The position numbers were made by a program, and so were the translations under genes. 64,000 bases of DNA from the NCBI RefSeq assembly GCF_006345805.1, contig NC_042997.1, positions 179,862,001 to 179,926,000 of the forward strand. The letters are read 5' to 3'. Below are positions 1 to 13,925 of this stretch, piece by piece; the stretch's first letter is position 1; each line of letters starts with the position of its first letter. The notes under the pieces were generated by a model. The model saw only the letters and a list, made by a program, of their open reading frames with translations, made no database searches and was not told where the DNA came from. Source of the stretch: Octopus sinensis. Taxonomy: Eukaryota.

Positions 1-59
1 CTACGCCTATAGCTTATCTAAATACTTACATTTTCACTATATGTATATATATGTATACA

Positions 60-240
60 TTCAAAATGTGACCGCGTGTGTACCGTTGGATCTTTCCTTT
101 TCCTATGTTTCTGACGAAGAGCTCCGCTCGAAACGTTGAACCCTCCTTCTTTCCTTCTTTCCTGAGCGTCCAATAATACTATACTTGTTCCACGTCCTCG
201 CGTTGATGTGTTTTCTCTTTGTGTTTTCATGTTTGGATTA

Positions 241-245
<5 letters not shown>
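60..245 (+). mobile_element. Penelope-like pLTR/retrozyme-like fragment ending in (TA)n
   Basis: Contains a hammerhead motif, has a pyrimidine-rich 3' part and runs directly into a long (TA)n tract, the same layout as other PLE ends in this window. Confidence 0.55.
107..141 (+). ncRNA. Minimal type I hammerhead ribozyme motif
   Basis: gttt-CTGACGA-a-GAGC tcc GCTC-GAAA-cg-TT-gaac. Intact core boxes, stem II GAGC/GCTC, palindromic mini stem III (AACGTT), stem I gttt/gaac. Confidence 0.65.
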
Positions 246-320
<75 letters not shown>

Positions 321-322
321 TA
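246..322. repeat. (TA)n microsatellite
   Basis: Direct reading. Confidence 0.95.
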
Positions 323-454
323 TGTGTATGTGTGTGTATTGAACATGTTTAAATGGCACTATCCCTTTAAATGGACTATCCCTTGCTTTAGTCCATGTAA
401 AAATCTAAAAGGCTCTAAACTATTTACCACATTTCAATCTATAATATTGATTTA

Positions 455-898
455 AAATTTTTACCCGAGACTAGCAATTTCTGGGAGTGGGCAATTCGAT
501 TACATCGAAGCTAGTGGTCAACTGATACTTATTTTATAGACCATCAAAAGATGAAAGACAAAGTCCATTGCAGTGGGATTTGAACTCAGAACGTTAAGTC
601 AGGAGAAATGTGCAAAGCAATTTTCCGTCGCGGTAACAATTCTGTCAGGCGGCTGCCATATTTCAAAACATAATATTGGTTTCAAATTTTGGAACAGTGC
701 CAGACATTTTGGGTCCAGGTGTAAGGTTAGTCTATTATATTGACTGCAGTGCTGAATTGCTATTCAATTTATCGAACCAGAAAGGATGAAAAGTAAAAAT
801 CAACCTCAGCGGAATTTAAACTCAGAACGCTAAGACGGACGAAAGACCAGTAAGCATTTGATCTGGTAAGCTAACGATTCAAGCAATTCGCCACCTTA
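455..898 (-). mobile_element. Two degenerate SINE copies (GGCGGCGAGCTGGCAGAA / GAGTTCAAATTCCGCC family)
   Basis: Reverse complements of 455-660 and 672-898 match the cleaner copy at 62679-63094. Confidence 0.65.
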
Positions 899-954
899 GT
901 TCAAGCTATAATTATTATTATCAATTTACATATCATGCAAATACATTTAATAAT

Positions 955-1396
955 ACAGGAGTGGCGGTGTGGTAATTAGCTTGCTTACAAACCACATGGT
1001 CCTGGGTTCAGTCCCACTGCGTGGTACCTTGGCAAGTGTCTTCTGCTATAGACTCGGGCCGACCAAAGCTTTGTATGTGGATTTGGGAGACGGAAAGTGG
1101 AGCTACATGGCCTAGTGGTTAGAGCAGCGGACTCGCGGTCGAGGGATCGCGAGTTCGAATCTCAGAACAGTCGATGTGTGTGTTTATGAACGAAACACCT
1201 AAGCTCCACGCAACTGCGGCGGAAGGTAATGGCGAACTTCTCCTGATTCTTTCGCCACAACTTTCTCTCACTCTTTCCTCCTGCATCTTGCAGCTCACCT
1301 GCGACGGACCGACGTCCCGTCCAATTGGGGAACCTATACGCCAAGGAAACCGGAAAACCGGCCCTAATGTGTCAGGCGTGGCTCGAGAAGGAACAA
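955..1396 (+). mobile_element. Two adjacent tRNA-derived SINEs of different families (955-1097 truncated; 1097-1396)
   Basis: Pol III A/B boxes (TGGCGGTGTGG..GGTTCAGTCCC and TGGCCTAGTGG..AGTTCGAATCTC). They match the copies at 44734 and at 9564/42360 respectively. Confidence 0.8.
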
Positions 1397-3213
1397 ATAA
1401 TATAATTGTCAAAGTTGTATGGTACCGTCTTAATCACTATTAGACTATCAAAATATTTTTATCTAACTGCAAAATACAATGCCATTAAATATGGTTACGT
1501 TATTTTAAAACGATATAAAACAATATAAAACAAATTAATATAAATTTTGTCACAAATCGTTTCTGTAGTGTTAATGGAGTTACGGTTTCGAACGTAAGCA
1601 CTTTAGCACAAGGGACGTAATCGAGTTATTTCAAGTGACTTAAATATGTCACTAAGATCATGTAGGCATGTAAGAATGCTATGTCAAGTCAAAATGCAAT
1701 TATATACAATGTATGTATGTATGTATAAAAATTGCATTTTTGTTTATTCACTCTACAAGTCCTCACATGGGTAAACACGGAAAATACAGTTCTTAACCGG
1801 TTCAAGTCAACTAGATCGATCCCATTGCTATTGAGGAAAGGTATACTTCTACATTTCTACTTTGCTCAACAACATTAATCAAACATTTATCGTATTTTTC
1901 CTTCAGCATCGTTCTTCTTACACTGCCGCGTTTTGTTGTCTTGTGTCTTATTTAAATCGTTGTAGACATATGTTTTATTATACCGAAAAAACCTTTATTT
2001 TATCTAGTAACGTTATAAATAGACCTCGTATTTTTATTTTAGTAGCTACGCTTAACCATACACCCTTATTTGTTTTCCTCCCTCGTCGCTTAGATTAGAT
2101 CGTGCCTTTGGAATGCTCAGTTCCTTCCAAGCTTGTCAAAGAGCAGGTGATTCATCTGGTCAAACGACTGACACCATAGTTGAATCCAATGGAGATGCAT
2201 AAATACATTCTACTATTTATTGATAAATTCTACTATATTTATGTATACAACTTCCATATAATTGCTTACATGTCTCCCATGAATGAGTTCAATGCATAAC
2301 TTAAACGAGCTTTTCGAATGCTCAGTTATCAGGCACTTGTCATGGGAATTTGATAGTATTGTTTTAGAACATTAACATAAGTGTCCAACTTATTTAAATA
2401 TCTATATACCAAATGATTGCTGTCGTCAAAATTTTCTTTATCGCTACTGAATATTCCTTCCCAAAATATTCCTTTTTGCACTTTCATACAACTATCAACA
2501 GAAAGAAAGGTATTTCATTATATATACACACACACATACACTTACGCGCAGACACAGACAGACACACAAACACATATATACTCTCACGAACACATGCAAG
2601 CACAGACACACTCTCAGACACTCATATACATAAATTAAGAGAGCATATTAGTGTGTGCACATGTGTACATGGCTAAGCGTTGTAGCATTGTTTCAAGTAT
2701 GAGCCTTAGGTATCGCTATTATATATATTTAATCTCACAGCGACATATGCATTCATGTGTATGTACAAGCCTATGCACTTCTCCTTGTCTGCATGTGCGA
2801 CTGTCTGTGTGACTTTCTCATTCTATATATGTATAAGTCGCGTGCTTGCGTTGTGTGTTGATGTGTGTATTATTATATATATTTTTAGTAATATTTGCAT
2901 GTCCATACCACAGGCTGACATAGGAAAATACATATACGAACACAGACAAATATGTGCATATGCAGGCATGTGTTTGCGCGTTCATGAATTTATTTAACAA
3001 TATAGATCTGATGTAAAGGATTATGTCAATGGTGATATATAATATAATTATTTGCATTTGCGTATCACACGGTATATATTACTAGTATATACTCGTTTGC
3101 GTATATGTATTCATGAACATTCAACTATTCTGCACATTCTTCGCCTTGCATGTACAAACATCAAATCATCCTTCAATGACTGATGGAGGCGTTTATGGAT
3201 GTATGAAATTATT

Positions 3214-3244
<31 letters not shown>

Positions 3245-4015
3245 TCATAGGTAAATATGTTCACACGATATTTTTACATACTTTTATTGAGAAGTGATAT
3301 GCATGTGTGTGTCTGTGCGCACGCATAAACACACGCACACACACACATATACATACACGCGTATAGATATCTATCTCGTGCGTCTGCGGGTATGTGTGCG
3401 TATATGTTTCAATATACTTACATGCGTATATGTTTCAATATACTTACATGCGTATGTTTGTAGCAAACTTTGAAAAAGATCAGATCGCCAAAGCATTAAG
3501 TCATTTATAATAAAAGCTCGTTTGGGAAAGTGGCATGCACATATAATCAGAAAAGATGACAACAGAATCGTTAAACAGTCAAACGAAGGCAAATATTCAA
3601 AACATAAAGCAACAGCGAATTACAGAGAACGCCATTAAGTGCCTCTTGAGAAATGGAACGTTGCCGGGAATAATCGAAAAAGCGTTGTCAGGGCCGTTTT
3701 GCTATTAGGAATAAATGTAATGAGCAAGAAGCTGCCAGGCTGTGGTGATATGATTTGAATCATTCAAAAATAAGAGTCATACTAAGGTTTGCAGCATTCA
3801 CATCGTGTTCTTCCAATAATATCTTAGAAAAGGAAAAGGTAATATTTTAAAGTAACTTATATACTCGGTAATTAATTCTTGCTGTCGTGGGAGTGTGAAA
3901 AAAAGCTGCGGTATTACGTTTTTCATTGGATCTTTATTGCATTATACATACACACATTAACTCATATAAACATATACATATATATTAATATATGCGTGAA
4001 AGAATGTATGTGTGT

Positions 4016-4055
<40 letters not shown>

Positions 4056-4179
4056 CGGGTTCTTACTCAGTTACATCTATCAAATGATTGCAAAGCTAAT
4101 TTCTATCTCTCTCTCTCTCTCTCTTTATATATATATATATATCTGTAAATGTAATATGTGACAATTATTCGGTAGGCAT

Positions 4180-4240
4180 GATAAAACTCCGAATTTCGGA
4201 TGCCGAGGTGGAAATCCACGCCGCCATCTCTTCAGTTATC
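4180..4240 (-). ncRNA. Type I hammerhead ribozyme motif in a PLE-type terminal repeat
   Basis: Minus strand: gataa-CTGAAGA-gatg..gtgga ttt ccac..catc-c-GAAA-ttcggag-TT-ttatc. Stem I gataa/ttatc, long stem II, near-palindromic stem III; lies beside (TA)n. Confidence 0.6.
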
Positions 4241-7200
4241 CGGCCATCGGAAAAATACTATGAAAAATGACCGTTATAAAAAGAGAAATTAACTGTGACT
4301 GAACGTTATTAAGAAAAAAGGGCTATTTGAATGACCACTAAGTGAGGAGAGGAAGTAAAAGTAAGGGGGTAAAGAGTTCATAGTATTCGCGTAAGCGCGC
4401 CTGTTCCTACCTACTCATGTGCGGCCGCACACCCTCGTGCGTGCGCCTAAAGCTATACATTCATTCACACTCACTTAAAAACGTACACATCCTCACTTCC
4501 ATCCTTCACCAAAAGTATATGCATATACATACAAGCCCACACACACACACGCGCGCACCATAAAGGTTCATAAACACCTCTACATATGCACAAGCACAGG
4601 AAGAACAGGGTTAAGGGTAACAATAGAGAAAAAAGGCATAAGGGAATATACAAAGAATAAACCATAAATAATTAGATAAACGTCATGCACCGTGTCTTAT
4701 GATATATTAACTTAAAGACCATAAACGAAGAATCGAACTAATTCCTATTTAAATCGACCGTTATTTGATGTAGTTAAAATATATTAATGTTTGTTAAATG
4801 ACTTTCAGCTCTCAGATTCATACTTTACATTCCAAGGAAGGAATTGTTTTATGTATTTATAATAACGGTTATTCAATTTTATTGAAATCAAAACTTGTAT
4901 GTTGTAAATTGCATAAGAAAATGTTGCATTTTTCGTTAGTTTAAATAGAGATTTTTGTAGCGTTTACCATTGGTGACTCATATCGTCATTTGTAAAGTGA
5001 AACTTAGAGGAATTAAAAATAACTAAGCTCAATGGTTAACATGTAACACAGTATTATCTCTTTCAATTACATATGCCTAGAATTCATGATGCAAATAAAG
5101 AATAACATTGCGTTTATATGTCCTAAAAAAGCTTATTGTTCAGTATATTTTTGAAAGCATAATAGATTAGCTTTGATGCAATATTTATCTTGTTATTGCT
5201 CTATTTTCTGATACCAATCTTGGAACATGTCAATTTTACGCCTGTACTCGGCATTAATACTGGTTAAGATGAAATATTCAAAATACAACATAAAAAAATC
5301 TTTATGAAATACACAAACATATATACGCGCGCTGTATACATAACCGTATTACGTCAATATTGTCTGGTCATGTATTGAAAATATGGCGTTGTTTGTGATA
5401 AAGTATCAAATGTGTATAGTATTGTTAAGCTGTTCTCTGACATCACTGGAATGCAGAAAGTGTTGAATGAGAGGATACGTTGCTTAATAAATCAGTAAGA
5501 CTATCAGTGATATACTGTAATATAATGTAATATATTATTTAATGATGCACATACTTTGCACTAATGTATATTGCAGTGCATACGTTTATAGCATAATGTA
5601 GTAGTATAATAATTATTTACTTTACACTTTAAAAGTGCTAAGTATTTTTAAAGATAACAAAAATTTCCAGATGATATGATTTGGCATACTTTATGTAAAA
5701 TATTTACTATTATGGTCACAAAATATGATTCCGAATAATTAATTTCTGACATGGTTTAATGTGGTATCACATGTGAGGAACCGTGGAATATTAAATATAG
5801 TTGAACTTATGTACTTTTGAAATACAAATCACGGAGACGAAATTCGTGCCTCCCAAAATGCGTTCTGCTCATTAGATATTTTTGTGTGAGTATGTGAGTA
5901 TAAACGTGGTAATTGGTATTTGTGTTTAAGTGTGTGTGTGTGTGTGTGCGTGTGTGTGTGTGTGTGTACGTTTTCCGGGAAGATTGTTCGTGCACGCTGA
6001 TACATAGTTGAGTGCATGCATATGTGAGTCTGTGTGTTGGCGAGGTAGAGAGAGATAAATAGAAATAGAATTGCTGTACTTTGTCGGTGTATTGCAATTA
6101 CAATGAGTATACACTAATGATGTATATTGTGAGAGCGTATATATGTTGTGAAGTAAGCTGTGGTGGTGGTGCTGCTGTTGCTGCTAATGACACTAGAGAC
6201 AGTAATGGCGGTGGTGGAAAAGCCAATGATACTTCTATGTGTGTTTGTGTGTGTATCTGTGCACATGTGTGTGTGTGTGTGTGGCTTTGTAGGTGTGTGC
6301 GCGCCCTTCGTAGGTGTGTAGAGTTACTGACAATAGTTTTATATCTAAAAATTAGTCTTTGATATAGCGTGATATCCCTTGTTAATATCACTTAATTGTT
6401 TCTCATCATATCCCATTAACACCCTTATCGCAAGTTTCGATACATCTCGATTATAATCTTTTGATATAACAAGATGAAAAGGTCTGGATATCTCAAAGTC
6501 GATATATATTATATATGTCGTGTTTATTAGCTAACACAAATCGAACCAATGTCTGACTTAGCGGAAATCGTGATTCTGATAGGAATCAAAAACAGAAAAA
6601 TGAATGAAAAAGAATGAGTTGAGAGTGGTCGAAGGGGTTTTGTTGGGGATGGAAGGTATTAGTTTTAAATAACATCTTGTATTAAATGAAATCGAATTCT
6701 TACTTTTAAGTAAAATAATTTGTCACTATAACAGATGGAAGACATGAGACTGTTCGACGCCCATATATCTCTTACAAGCGAACCCGGTCCTTCAATCATT
6801 TTTAAAAATCTTTCTTCTTGTTTATTCTAGCGTCCTAAATCGTGGTGCGTCTCACAATGCTGCGCCTGGGATCTTTGTCTCATATTAGCTTTAGTAGATC
6901 CTCAATTTCATGCTGTGTGTCTCTGCTAGTAATAACAATGCAGTTGAGGGATATTCATCTCCTATTAATGTGCGGAAGCGTCCAAACAAAATATCATTTG
7001 ATTTGGCCTGTTATTCTGTACAAACCAGTGATCAGGACAGAATACTTTGCGTTGAGTAATAAGAGTTGAAATTAATGGCGTATTTTCATAAAACTCCTCT
7101 TTGGCCTTGTGCTCACGTCATGAAATGCTTTGGATATCCATTACAAACTTGTGTATGTACGAAAAACGGGACTTTTTAAATCGAAACTAAAAACACGAGA

Positions 7201-7279
7201 TGTTTCTTTGGTTGGTTATGAACTATGAATAGTTTGTATATCTGATGTAAAATAAAATCATATTAATTGCAAAATAATT

Positions 7280-7281
7280 AG

Positions 7282-7344
<63 letters not shown>

Positions 7345-7353
7345 GATAGAGAG

Positions 7354-7445
<92 letters not shown>
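7280..7445. repeat. (GATA)n/(GA)n compound microsatellite
   Basis: Direct reading. Confidence 0.95.
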
Positions 7446-8968
7446 CTCGTTGATGTGCATTGAAAGAGACCTCATTGATATGTATTGAATTACTCTTGTC
7501 TGGAAGTAAGATTTCGGTCCAAGAAAAAGGTGGCAAAAAATGCAGTTTCTTCCTTTTAACATTTGTTGAAGTTATTCAATGATGCTATTCAAGCGGGGAA
7601 AGGAGTGATCCTTTGATTTTCGCAGTTTAACTCCACCTGCTAGACTGAGAATGCAGATCGGAGAATATCTTTATTGAAAACGTAGTCAAGTTATTTTAAC
7701 ACTATGGCAGTAGGGAAATAGATTATGGATGCAATTTCAACCATTTTTTTCGAAGATAATACTTCAAAGGATGATGAGCGTCTGAGAGAGAAACACATTT
7801 TTCGAATGTAAGTGAAAGGATTATGATAGTCAGAATATCAATAGCTGTGAGAGGTATACCAATCACAGTGCGAAAACATAGTGCATTTGATGGACAGAGT
7901 TGTTGCGGATTTGTGAATGAATTTTTGCTATTCAGTTATATGACTGTTTTAAATTTGATCACAGTAGTCATAGTAGGCACACAACAGCTAATATGACTTT
8001 CTGAATGAACCACTTGACGAAAAAACACTTTATTAGTAGCATGGCCTGCTTGGTTAGGGACCATGTATCATGAAGCACCATTCTCGTATAATTTTTCCCA
8101 TGTTTGATCTGCAGTGATTTAATTAGTTATTACACCTTTTCTGACATTCGAACAGTGCTATATTGTAAGTCGCACCTGAATGTTTTGTGAAAAGTTAGCC
8201 AATAATTTAGACTGAAATATTTCCTAGTGACAGAGAAAAAAAATTATTATTGGGAAAGTATTTTTGATAATGACTTATAAGTGAAGTTGCCATGAGAGAA
8301 CATAGAACTCAATACTAAAACTTTTCATCGAATTGGAAAATTTTGAATGTGCTACTGTTCATGACTGAGAGGAAAAGAGGGAGAGTAGTAGTAGTAGTAG
8401 TGGTGGTGGTGGTGGTGGTGGTGGTGCTGAAGGAGATTTCGTTATGTGGTCCCACTGGAAAATGTTTTTGTGGTTTCTGCTCTTCTGCTCATGGAAGCTC
8501 TACAGGTCTAGTTGGAAATTAATAGATTTGCGTGTGCAAGACACCTGTGTGCGAAACCTTAACGATGATGGATTAATGAATGTTAAGTTTTGCATGAGAG
8601 TGCAGAATTTTAGGAATAACAGTGTGTATATAACATTACTATAGCGAAGAACATGCCCTTACGATGCAGAGAAGTAAGAAATTACGATACCGAGGAAAAA
8701 ATGGGGAGATATAATCAAATAATAGTCTACTATGTCGACAGAATGTAGAATGTCTAGTACAGAAAATTTCTTTTGTGTAAATTCATTATTTCATCGATAT
8801 TCCTTTTTGTATTATAAGGCTACAAACACACTCTGCTCTACTGATTTTAATCTTTTATATTTTTTTTATTGCCGATCCGCTAAGTTACCGGGACATAAAC
8901 ACACCAGCACCGGTTGTCAAACTGTGGTAGGAGACAGGCACAAATACAAAACACACATGCACATAGAC

Positions 8969-9013
<45 letters not shown>

Positions 9014-9021
9014 ATATATAT

Positions 9022-9141
9022 ACGACGGGCTTCTTTCAGTTTTCGTCTCCCGAATCCCCCCATAAAGCTTTGGTCGGCACGGAGCTATAGTAGAAGACAC
9101 TTACCTACGGAGCCACGAGGTGGGACTGAACCCCGAACCAT
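9022..9141 (-). mobile_element. tRNA-derived SINE fragment
   Basis: Reverse complement matches the 5' half of the SINE at 44734-45128. Confidence 0.7.
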
Positions 9142-9504
9142 ATCGTCTTGTAAATATATACGTTAAATATAAGGCAGATTACGACAGTCAAGAAATGTTT
9201 AGTGTCGACAGAACGATTTTACTGTGAAGAAGTATGCTTCGAAACAGAGTAGCTTGGGTTTGACCCTAGTATAGAGTTATTTGGCAAATATTTGTGTTCA
9301 CCAATGTTTCGTATTGATGAAGTGTTAGGATTCTCATTTTGTGGTTTAAAAAGACGCGAGAAAGAGCGAGAAAAGAAGCAAAGGAACTAACCAATGATAA
9401 GTATTTGCAAGTAGGTTGAGTTAAAAGAAAGCGAAAGATGTAGTTTAAATATCAAAAGGCTTCATGATAACAGCGGAGAACAAAGATTTTGCTACTTTTA
9501 GCAA

Positions 9505-10520
9505 GTGTTTTAGACTTCAGATTTAATCGAGAATGCTGATTTCGAATCCGCACTCAGAATTGTTGTAAACGTCACCCTTTTCAAGCCTAGCCAGGCTCAT
9601 GGGCCCGGTTTCCCGGTTTCTGTGGCGTATGTGTTCCCCCTAGCCGGACGGGACGCCAGTCCATCGCATCGTTACTCAAGAAACAGGAAGAGAGAGTGAG
9701 AGAAAGTTGTGGCGGAAGAATACCACAGGCGTCGCCACCACCACCTGCCGGAACATCGTTGAGCTTTTAGGTGTTTTCGCTCAATAAACACACACAACGC
9801 CCGGTCTGGGAATCAAAGCTGCGATCCTCCGACCGCGAGTCCGCTGCCCTAACAACTGGGCCTTTGCGCCTCCACCAGAATTGTAGCACGTCAGAATTTT
9901 GAGTTATGCGTATGCGCAAGTATGCTCATTATTTAGGTTAGTGGTGGATGGTGCTGACGTATTGTGTGCAATGACACATACACCAGTTTGTTCTTGGTAA
10001 CTCTCATTGTCGTTTGCGCTGCCGTTACGTATGGTGTGTGTATCTCTCGCTCAGCGTGATTATAGTTTTAATTGTGTCCATTGTGTTAGATCATGAATAA
10101 GAGAGACTTTGTGAATCACCTAGGCAACTTTTGATATGTCTCTGGCAAATTTGCTTCCCGTGACCAGGGGAGGAACATTGCCACCAAATTAAAAATTGCC
10201 TATAAATATTATTTCGAATGTGAAGTTGGGGACCAAGAAAAGAGGTAGGTCCGTGTGTTACACAATGGCTGAATGGAAAACGGAAGGAAATGCCTTTTTT
10301 CTGTACGAATGGTATGCCGTGAGCCAACCAATCCTGTGGCTGATAGTTACTTTTGCATGACTAATGTTAGAAGTTTCTTAAAGAAGAGCACATCAAAAAT
10401 TGTGTATGTAGGTTGTAAGTCGGCTCTAAAACAGATCCCACTTGACTTAGGTAACCCTATCCCAGTTCCCCTCACACATGCTTCACTTGAAAATCTTGAC
10501 ATGTAGCACGATGAACCCCT
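9505..10520 (+). mobile_element. Degenerate DNA transposon left end and N-terminal transposase relic (Chapaev3/CMC-like), interrupted by a SINE
   Basis: Frameshifted translation 10110-10480 gives C.N.....F*YV..K, AY..YFEC.VGDQEK, WLNGKRK.MPF...MVCREPTN..DSYFCMTN. I recognise this Cys-rich N-terminus as Chapaev3-like; the family name is from memory. Confidence 0.55.
9564..9875 (-). mobile_element. Full-length tRNA-derived SINE with 9-bp TSD
   Basis: tRNA-like head and GATGGACTGGCGTCCCGTCC core (V-SINE-like). Flanked by cagaattgt at 9555-9563 and 9876-9884. Confidence 0.85.
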
Positions 10521-11028
10521 GACTCTCCTATCGACGAAGGAGTGCGTCCTACGATAAGGTGGATTACAGGAAATTATTGTAAATAACCCTTCCTTATTTG
10601 GATAGAAGGTTAGCGAATTTGGTACTCAACTGCTACTTATTTTATCGACATGATGAAAGACAAAGTCGACCTCCGCGGTATTTAAAGTCTCAGAACGCAA
10701 AGAGTCGGAAACGGTGCCGCTAAGCGTATATGTATATATATATGTATTATGTATGTGTGCATGTATGTATGTATGTATGTATCTATGTATGTATGTATTT
10801 ATGTATTATGTATGTATGTATGTGTGTATGTTTGCATGTATGTGTGCATGTATGTGTGTATCTATGTATGTATGGATGGATGTATGGATATATGTGTATG
10901 CTTGCGTGTATGTATGTATACATACACACAATAAATCTACTAAAATATTTTTCTCAGAAAATTCCAGTTTCATGAGAGATGGATACATGTATACTTCTCT
11001 ATGTATATGTGCGTGTGAGGTTGTGGTT

Positions 11029-11062
<34 letters not shown>

Positions 11063-11067
11063 TGAGC

Positions 11068-11104
<37 letters not shown>

Positions 11105-11618
11105 TGACAGAGCTTGTGTGAGATTTGTTTGCACAAAAATTAGCAGGAACTGAATTATTTTTTAAGATAAACTCCATAGGGATGTTGAAACATGGATATA
11201 GACTGAATATTAAGGTCATCCATAATGTCATTCATTGTTGTGACAGAGAAATGTAAATGCAAAAGAGCAGGCTACTTGACAGAGTGAAAGTGAAAGTCAA
11301 AAGCGAAACAAATACTTTAATAGAATATATGATATACTCAGCTACCATACGTGAATCAAAAATAAATCAGAATATCACATATAAGCGTTAGTATTTTGTA
11401 TAAATATAGCATTATATTATTTCTATCAGAAGCAAACAGGAGACCACTTGCTGTCATAATTGAATTTACTGAAACCTCGCTATGGATTGTCTTTCGATCA
11501 TCCAAATGGCTTCCGATTCTATATTACAAATGAATCTATCTATCTATCTATCAACCTACCTATCTGTCTTTCTCTCTATCTGTCTTTCTTTCTACTCACA
11601 CACAGATGTATAAATATG

Positions 11619-11698
<80 letters not shown>

Positions 11699-12984
11699 AC
11701 ATGAAGATACACATTCGCTCTCTCTCTCTCTCTGTATATATATCTGTCTCGTTTACAGATTTCAGTAGTCTTGCAGTTCCATGTTTATGCATTGCGAGTT
11801 TGTGCAGACGTACAAAGTCAAGATGAAAGTCAATAGAAAGTGAGTTTCTAGTGTGAAACAGTTTTATATTTGCTTACATATCTGTGTAGTTAAGACGAAA
11901 CGTATTCTCCTTTCGAACACATCAACGTTCGCTTTTAAGGCATTTATACTATTATACAGTCAGTCAATATCACAGTTACGTATTTATGATTGAGTGCTTT
12001 CTGTTTTGATTCTTTCGATGTTGCAAGCTGCGACAGAATTTATTACAAAAATTTATTATAAAATGTTCGCCGAATCATTTCAAATCCTTCGTGCTGAATA
12101 TAAATCAGACCTCCTTAGAATATGAAGTATATATACATATATACATACGTGAGTGCTTTGCGTTTATGTCTTCCACCAGATTGCTTTGCGTTTATATTTT
12201 TCAACGCATGGATACACATGCGTTTCTATTTCTCCGTTTTTCCTTCTCCGTTTTTCCTTCTCCGTTCTTAATTTCTCCATTTGTATCCTAACTTTCAGAA
12301 AAAGAGTGTATACTCAAAATGTTAAAGACACTTTCTTCTTGTTCTCTCTCCAATTCATGAGCCTCACTCTAATATATTTTTCTATGTTGGTTTTGCACCA
12401 TCTTTGCACTATACATACATAAATACACATACACACACACACACACACACGCACATTTTATATATAGCTAACCTTTAGAAAACCGATCTAAGGTGAATGG
12501 TAGTATTACCTAATTCCTTAGAACTACAGCTAGCCATTGTCTACTGTCGTCGTAGTTTAATCTCAATCTATTTTTAGAAAAGGATCCAAAAGACACAAAT
12601 GCTGAAAAATACGAAGCATACAAAGGATGCTGCTATCTCACTCTGTATGCAACTCTCCCTGCATTAAGATGTGAACGAATACATGTCAATTTTTGTCTTG
12701 AAGAGATTTTTACATTTTAAATGCATTATGCAGTCTTCATTGCAAAATATGAATGAAGGTTAGAATTTGAAACGTACGTAGGCGATATAAAACTGACTAT
12801 TATATAAATGAATTGATTTTTCCTGTGTTCAAACTCTCCGTTTTCCCTATATTCTATACATACATATGTCCAATTCAGTGGTTATAGAAATGAAAATTTA
12901 TCGGAATCTATGTGTTACGGTTTATGTAACGTAAGACTGTTTAAGCAGGTAGTAAAACTAAACCAAAGGAATAAGTCTATATAT

Positions 12985-13212
12985 TACCAGAGTTGCCTTT
13001 TAGGTGATTCGTACATGCGATAAAGTATTGATGTCCATATCGATCTCCAGATCGCGATCTCTGTTTGACTCTGGGATTGCTGCTCCTTCTGGACCAAAGT
13101 AACTTTCTTGTGGCGCTGTAGTACAAGCTGGCAGATACCGGAGGGCTTCGAATTTCCCTGGATTAAATTGCATGTTGTTTTCTTCAGGCCATTTATATAT
13201 GGCATCTAGATC
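12985..13212 (-). mobile_element. LINE (CR1 group) RT C-terminal fragment
   Basis: DLDAIYKWPEENNMQFNPGKFEALRY...RDLEIDM matches the post-YADD 'DL..L..W...N.M.FN..K...RDLG' region of CR1/L2-group RTs. Confidence 0.75.
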
Positions 13213-13775
13213 TTTATTTATGTATATGTAAACAAAGAGAGAGAGAAAAAAGTGTATGTCTGCGTGTGTGTAAGACATAGAGAGGGGGGTGGCTGGACAT
13301 ATAGACAGTGAAAAGAGAAAAGAACAGAAATAGAGATAGAGATAGATGCACACGGTCTACATAAAGTAATTTACAACTCATAAAATTTTAACTCTTTATG
13401 GTTCTTAAAGTTTTACTACACTATTTGCCTAATAAAACTTTCCAAAACGAATTTTTATTTAGTATCAAAATATTCTCATATAAATCTTTAATAATTCAAA
13501 TGTTATCTTCTTTTGTTTTTATCTTTCCTTAGGTTTTGTTTGCCACATTGTCGACCACATTATACTATTGTTTTGTTGTTTCGTAGACTAAATATTGTTT
13601 AAGCTGTTTATTTATTATTTTTCTCGCTTGCGAATTTTATTTTACTCTGATATCTTGGTAATATTAGTTTGTTGATCTTTTGCAAATAAAATGTTTTCTT
13701 TATAATTTCTTCAAAACTATATTTTGAAATAAAAAAAACTGTTTCAGAAATATCTATATTACAGATATACCATAC

Positions 13776-13817
<42 letters not shown>

Positions 13818-13875
13818 CTATCATATATATATATAGAGATAAATTTATCATATATATATATATATAGATAAATTT

Positions 13876-13925
<50 letters not shown>

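Noticed and set aside
1097-1170. tRNA-like sequences with A/B boxes (also 955, 9800-9875, 27680-27755, 44734, 50880-50955, 51405)
   Set aside because: They are SINE heads: each continues into a shared SINE body and lacks a proper acceptor stem.
7480-8380. Complex unique-looking sequence that might be a transposase or exon (also 14600-15650, 33130-33560)
   Set aside because: No sustained ORF and no motif I can identify with confidence.
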